A DNA stretch of 64,000 nt from Carcharhinus longimanus (lineage: Eukaryota): contig JASCQW010000112.1 in NCBI GenBank assembly GCA_030264375.1, positions 38,643,420 through 38,707,419 on the forward strand. The letters run 5' to 3'. The translations under genes were made by a program, and so were the position numbers. Below the pieces are notes generated by a model that searched no databases, was not told the DNA's origin, and saw only the letters and a program-made list of their open reading frames with translations. Positions 63,250 to 64,000 of the stretch are shown here, one piece after another (positions within the stretch are counted from its first letter, which is position 1; every line of letters starts with the position of its first letter).

Positions 63250-64000
63250 TTTGTTTTGGGTCTGGTGGTTCCTGGAGTAACATTGCTTCTCTGGGAAATG
63301 TTGTTGCTGTGACGAGTGATATCGTTGATTTGGTCTATTTGTTGGGGAGCAGTTGACCTCTGGGATTGATGGTCAATCTATTTCTTGTTCAATTGATAAA
63401 ACGTACTATTCCTCTTCAGCTGTCTGCTGTGAAGGAGCAGTTTCTCTGTAACATATATGTATCTGCGGTTCTGGTCATTTACTTTCACTGTTCATGATAT
63501 TTACACAGATTCCAAGTTGCCAAGTGGGCTGAGCATTGTTGAGTGCATTGAATGTTTGCACACTAACTGGCTCGTCAAATCTCAACTCTGGCAATGATTT
63601 GACAGCCTTATCATAGTGAAAATTGACCTTCTGTCTGATTTTGTCAGATAATCTTGTAATTCTGGCTTTGGTAGTTTTTTAGCCATTAGAAAAGTAGTTA
63701 GGGTATGGTGTGACGTTAGCCACTGGACTACTTTGGAAATCTTCAGTATTCTCCTTTCTCGGTTTGTCTTGTTCAGATCTGTGCTATTCAATTTTTTTGA
63801 TGATACCTTTGGCAATTTTCATCGCTGCCTCAGCCTTTCCATTTGACTGGGAATAGTGTGGAGAAGATAGTACTGAATTTCTCTATCTTTCATGAAGTGC
63901 CTGAATTCTCCTTTCGTGAACCCAGGGCCATCGTCACTCATTACAATGTTGAGAATGTCATGATGACTGAAGTGTGCTTTCAGGCATTCCATGATCTCTG
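63250..64000 (-). mobile_element. Decayed Gypsy integrase region, continuing beyond the window
   Basis: Minus strand CLKAHFSHHDILNIVMSDDGPGF...SSPHYSQSNGKAEAAMKIAK. Confidence 0.85.

Noticed and set aside
33700-64000. Exons of a downstream gene such as PELI2
   Set aside because: No recognisable host protein-coding sequence on either strand.
1-64000. CRISPR array, operon or other prokaryotic/viral system
   Set aside because: No regularly spaced repeats and no dense ORFs. The sequence has spliceosomal introns and vertebrate retroposons throughout.

Overview
This window is vertebrate genomic DNA, most likely from an elasmobranch (shark), judging from HE1-type V-SINEs, CR1/HER1-like LINEs and Penelope-type inverted-repeat elements. 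It is not a prokaryotic or phage locus. The first ~33.7 kb holds the 3' part of kinectin 1 (KTN1) on the + strand. I traced 21 coding exons by GT-AG boundaries and continuous reading frame, from 2395 to the stop codon at 32723, followed by a 3' UTR with several AATAAA signals. The window starts inside an intron, so the 5' exons lie upstream. The remaining ~30 kb is intergenic. It contains SINEs, CR1/RTE/Rex-type LINE fragments, two decayed Gypsy LTR elements, probable solo LTRs, a hAT remnant, MITEs and several repeat-poor blocks that look like enhancers. Most ORFs in the supplied track are spurious or transposon-derived. I found no convincing new multi-gene system. The most interesting points are gene-structure and transposon-mechanism details: an RRBP1-like C-terminal tail on this kinectin, a 3-exon repeat module, an intronic duplication that copied a splice acceptor, candidate cassette/poison exons, and a hAT remnant carrying a copy of nearby genomic DNA. 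All comparisons to human proteins or UTRs are from memory and need alignment.
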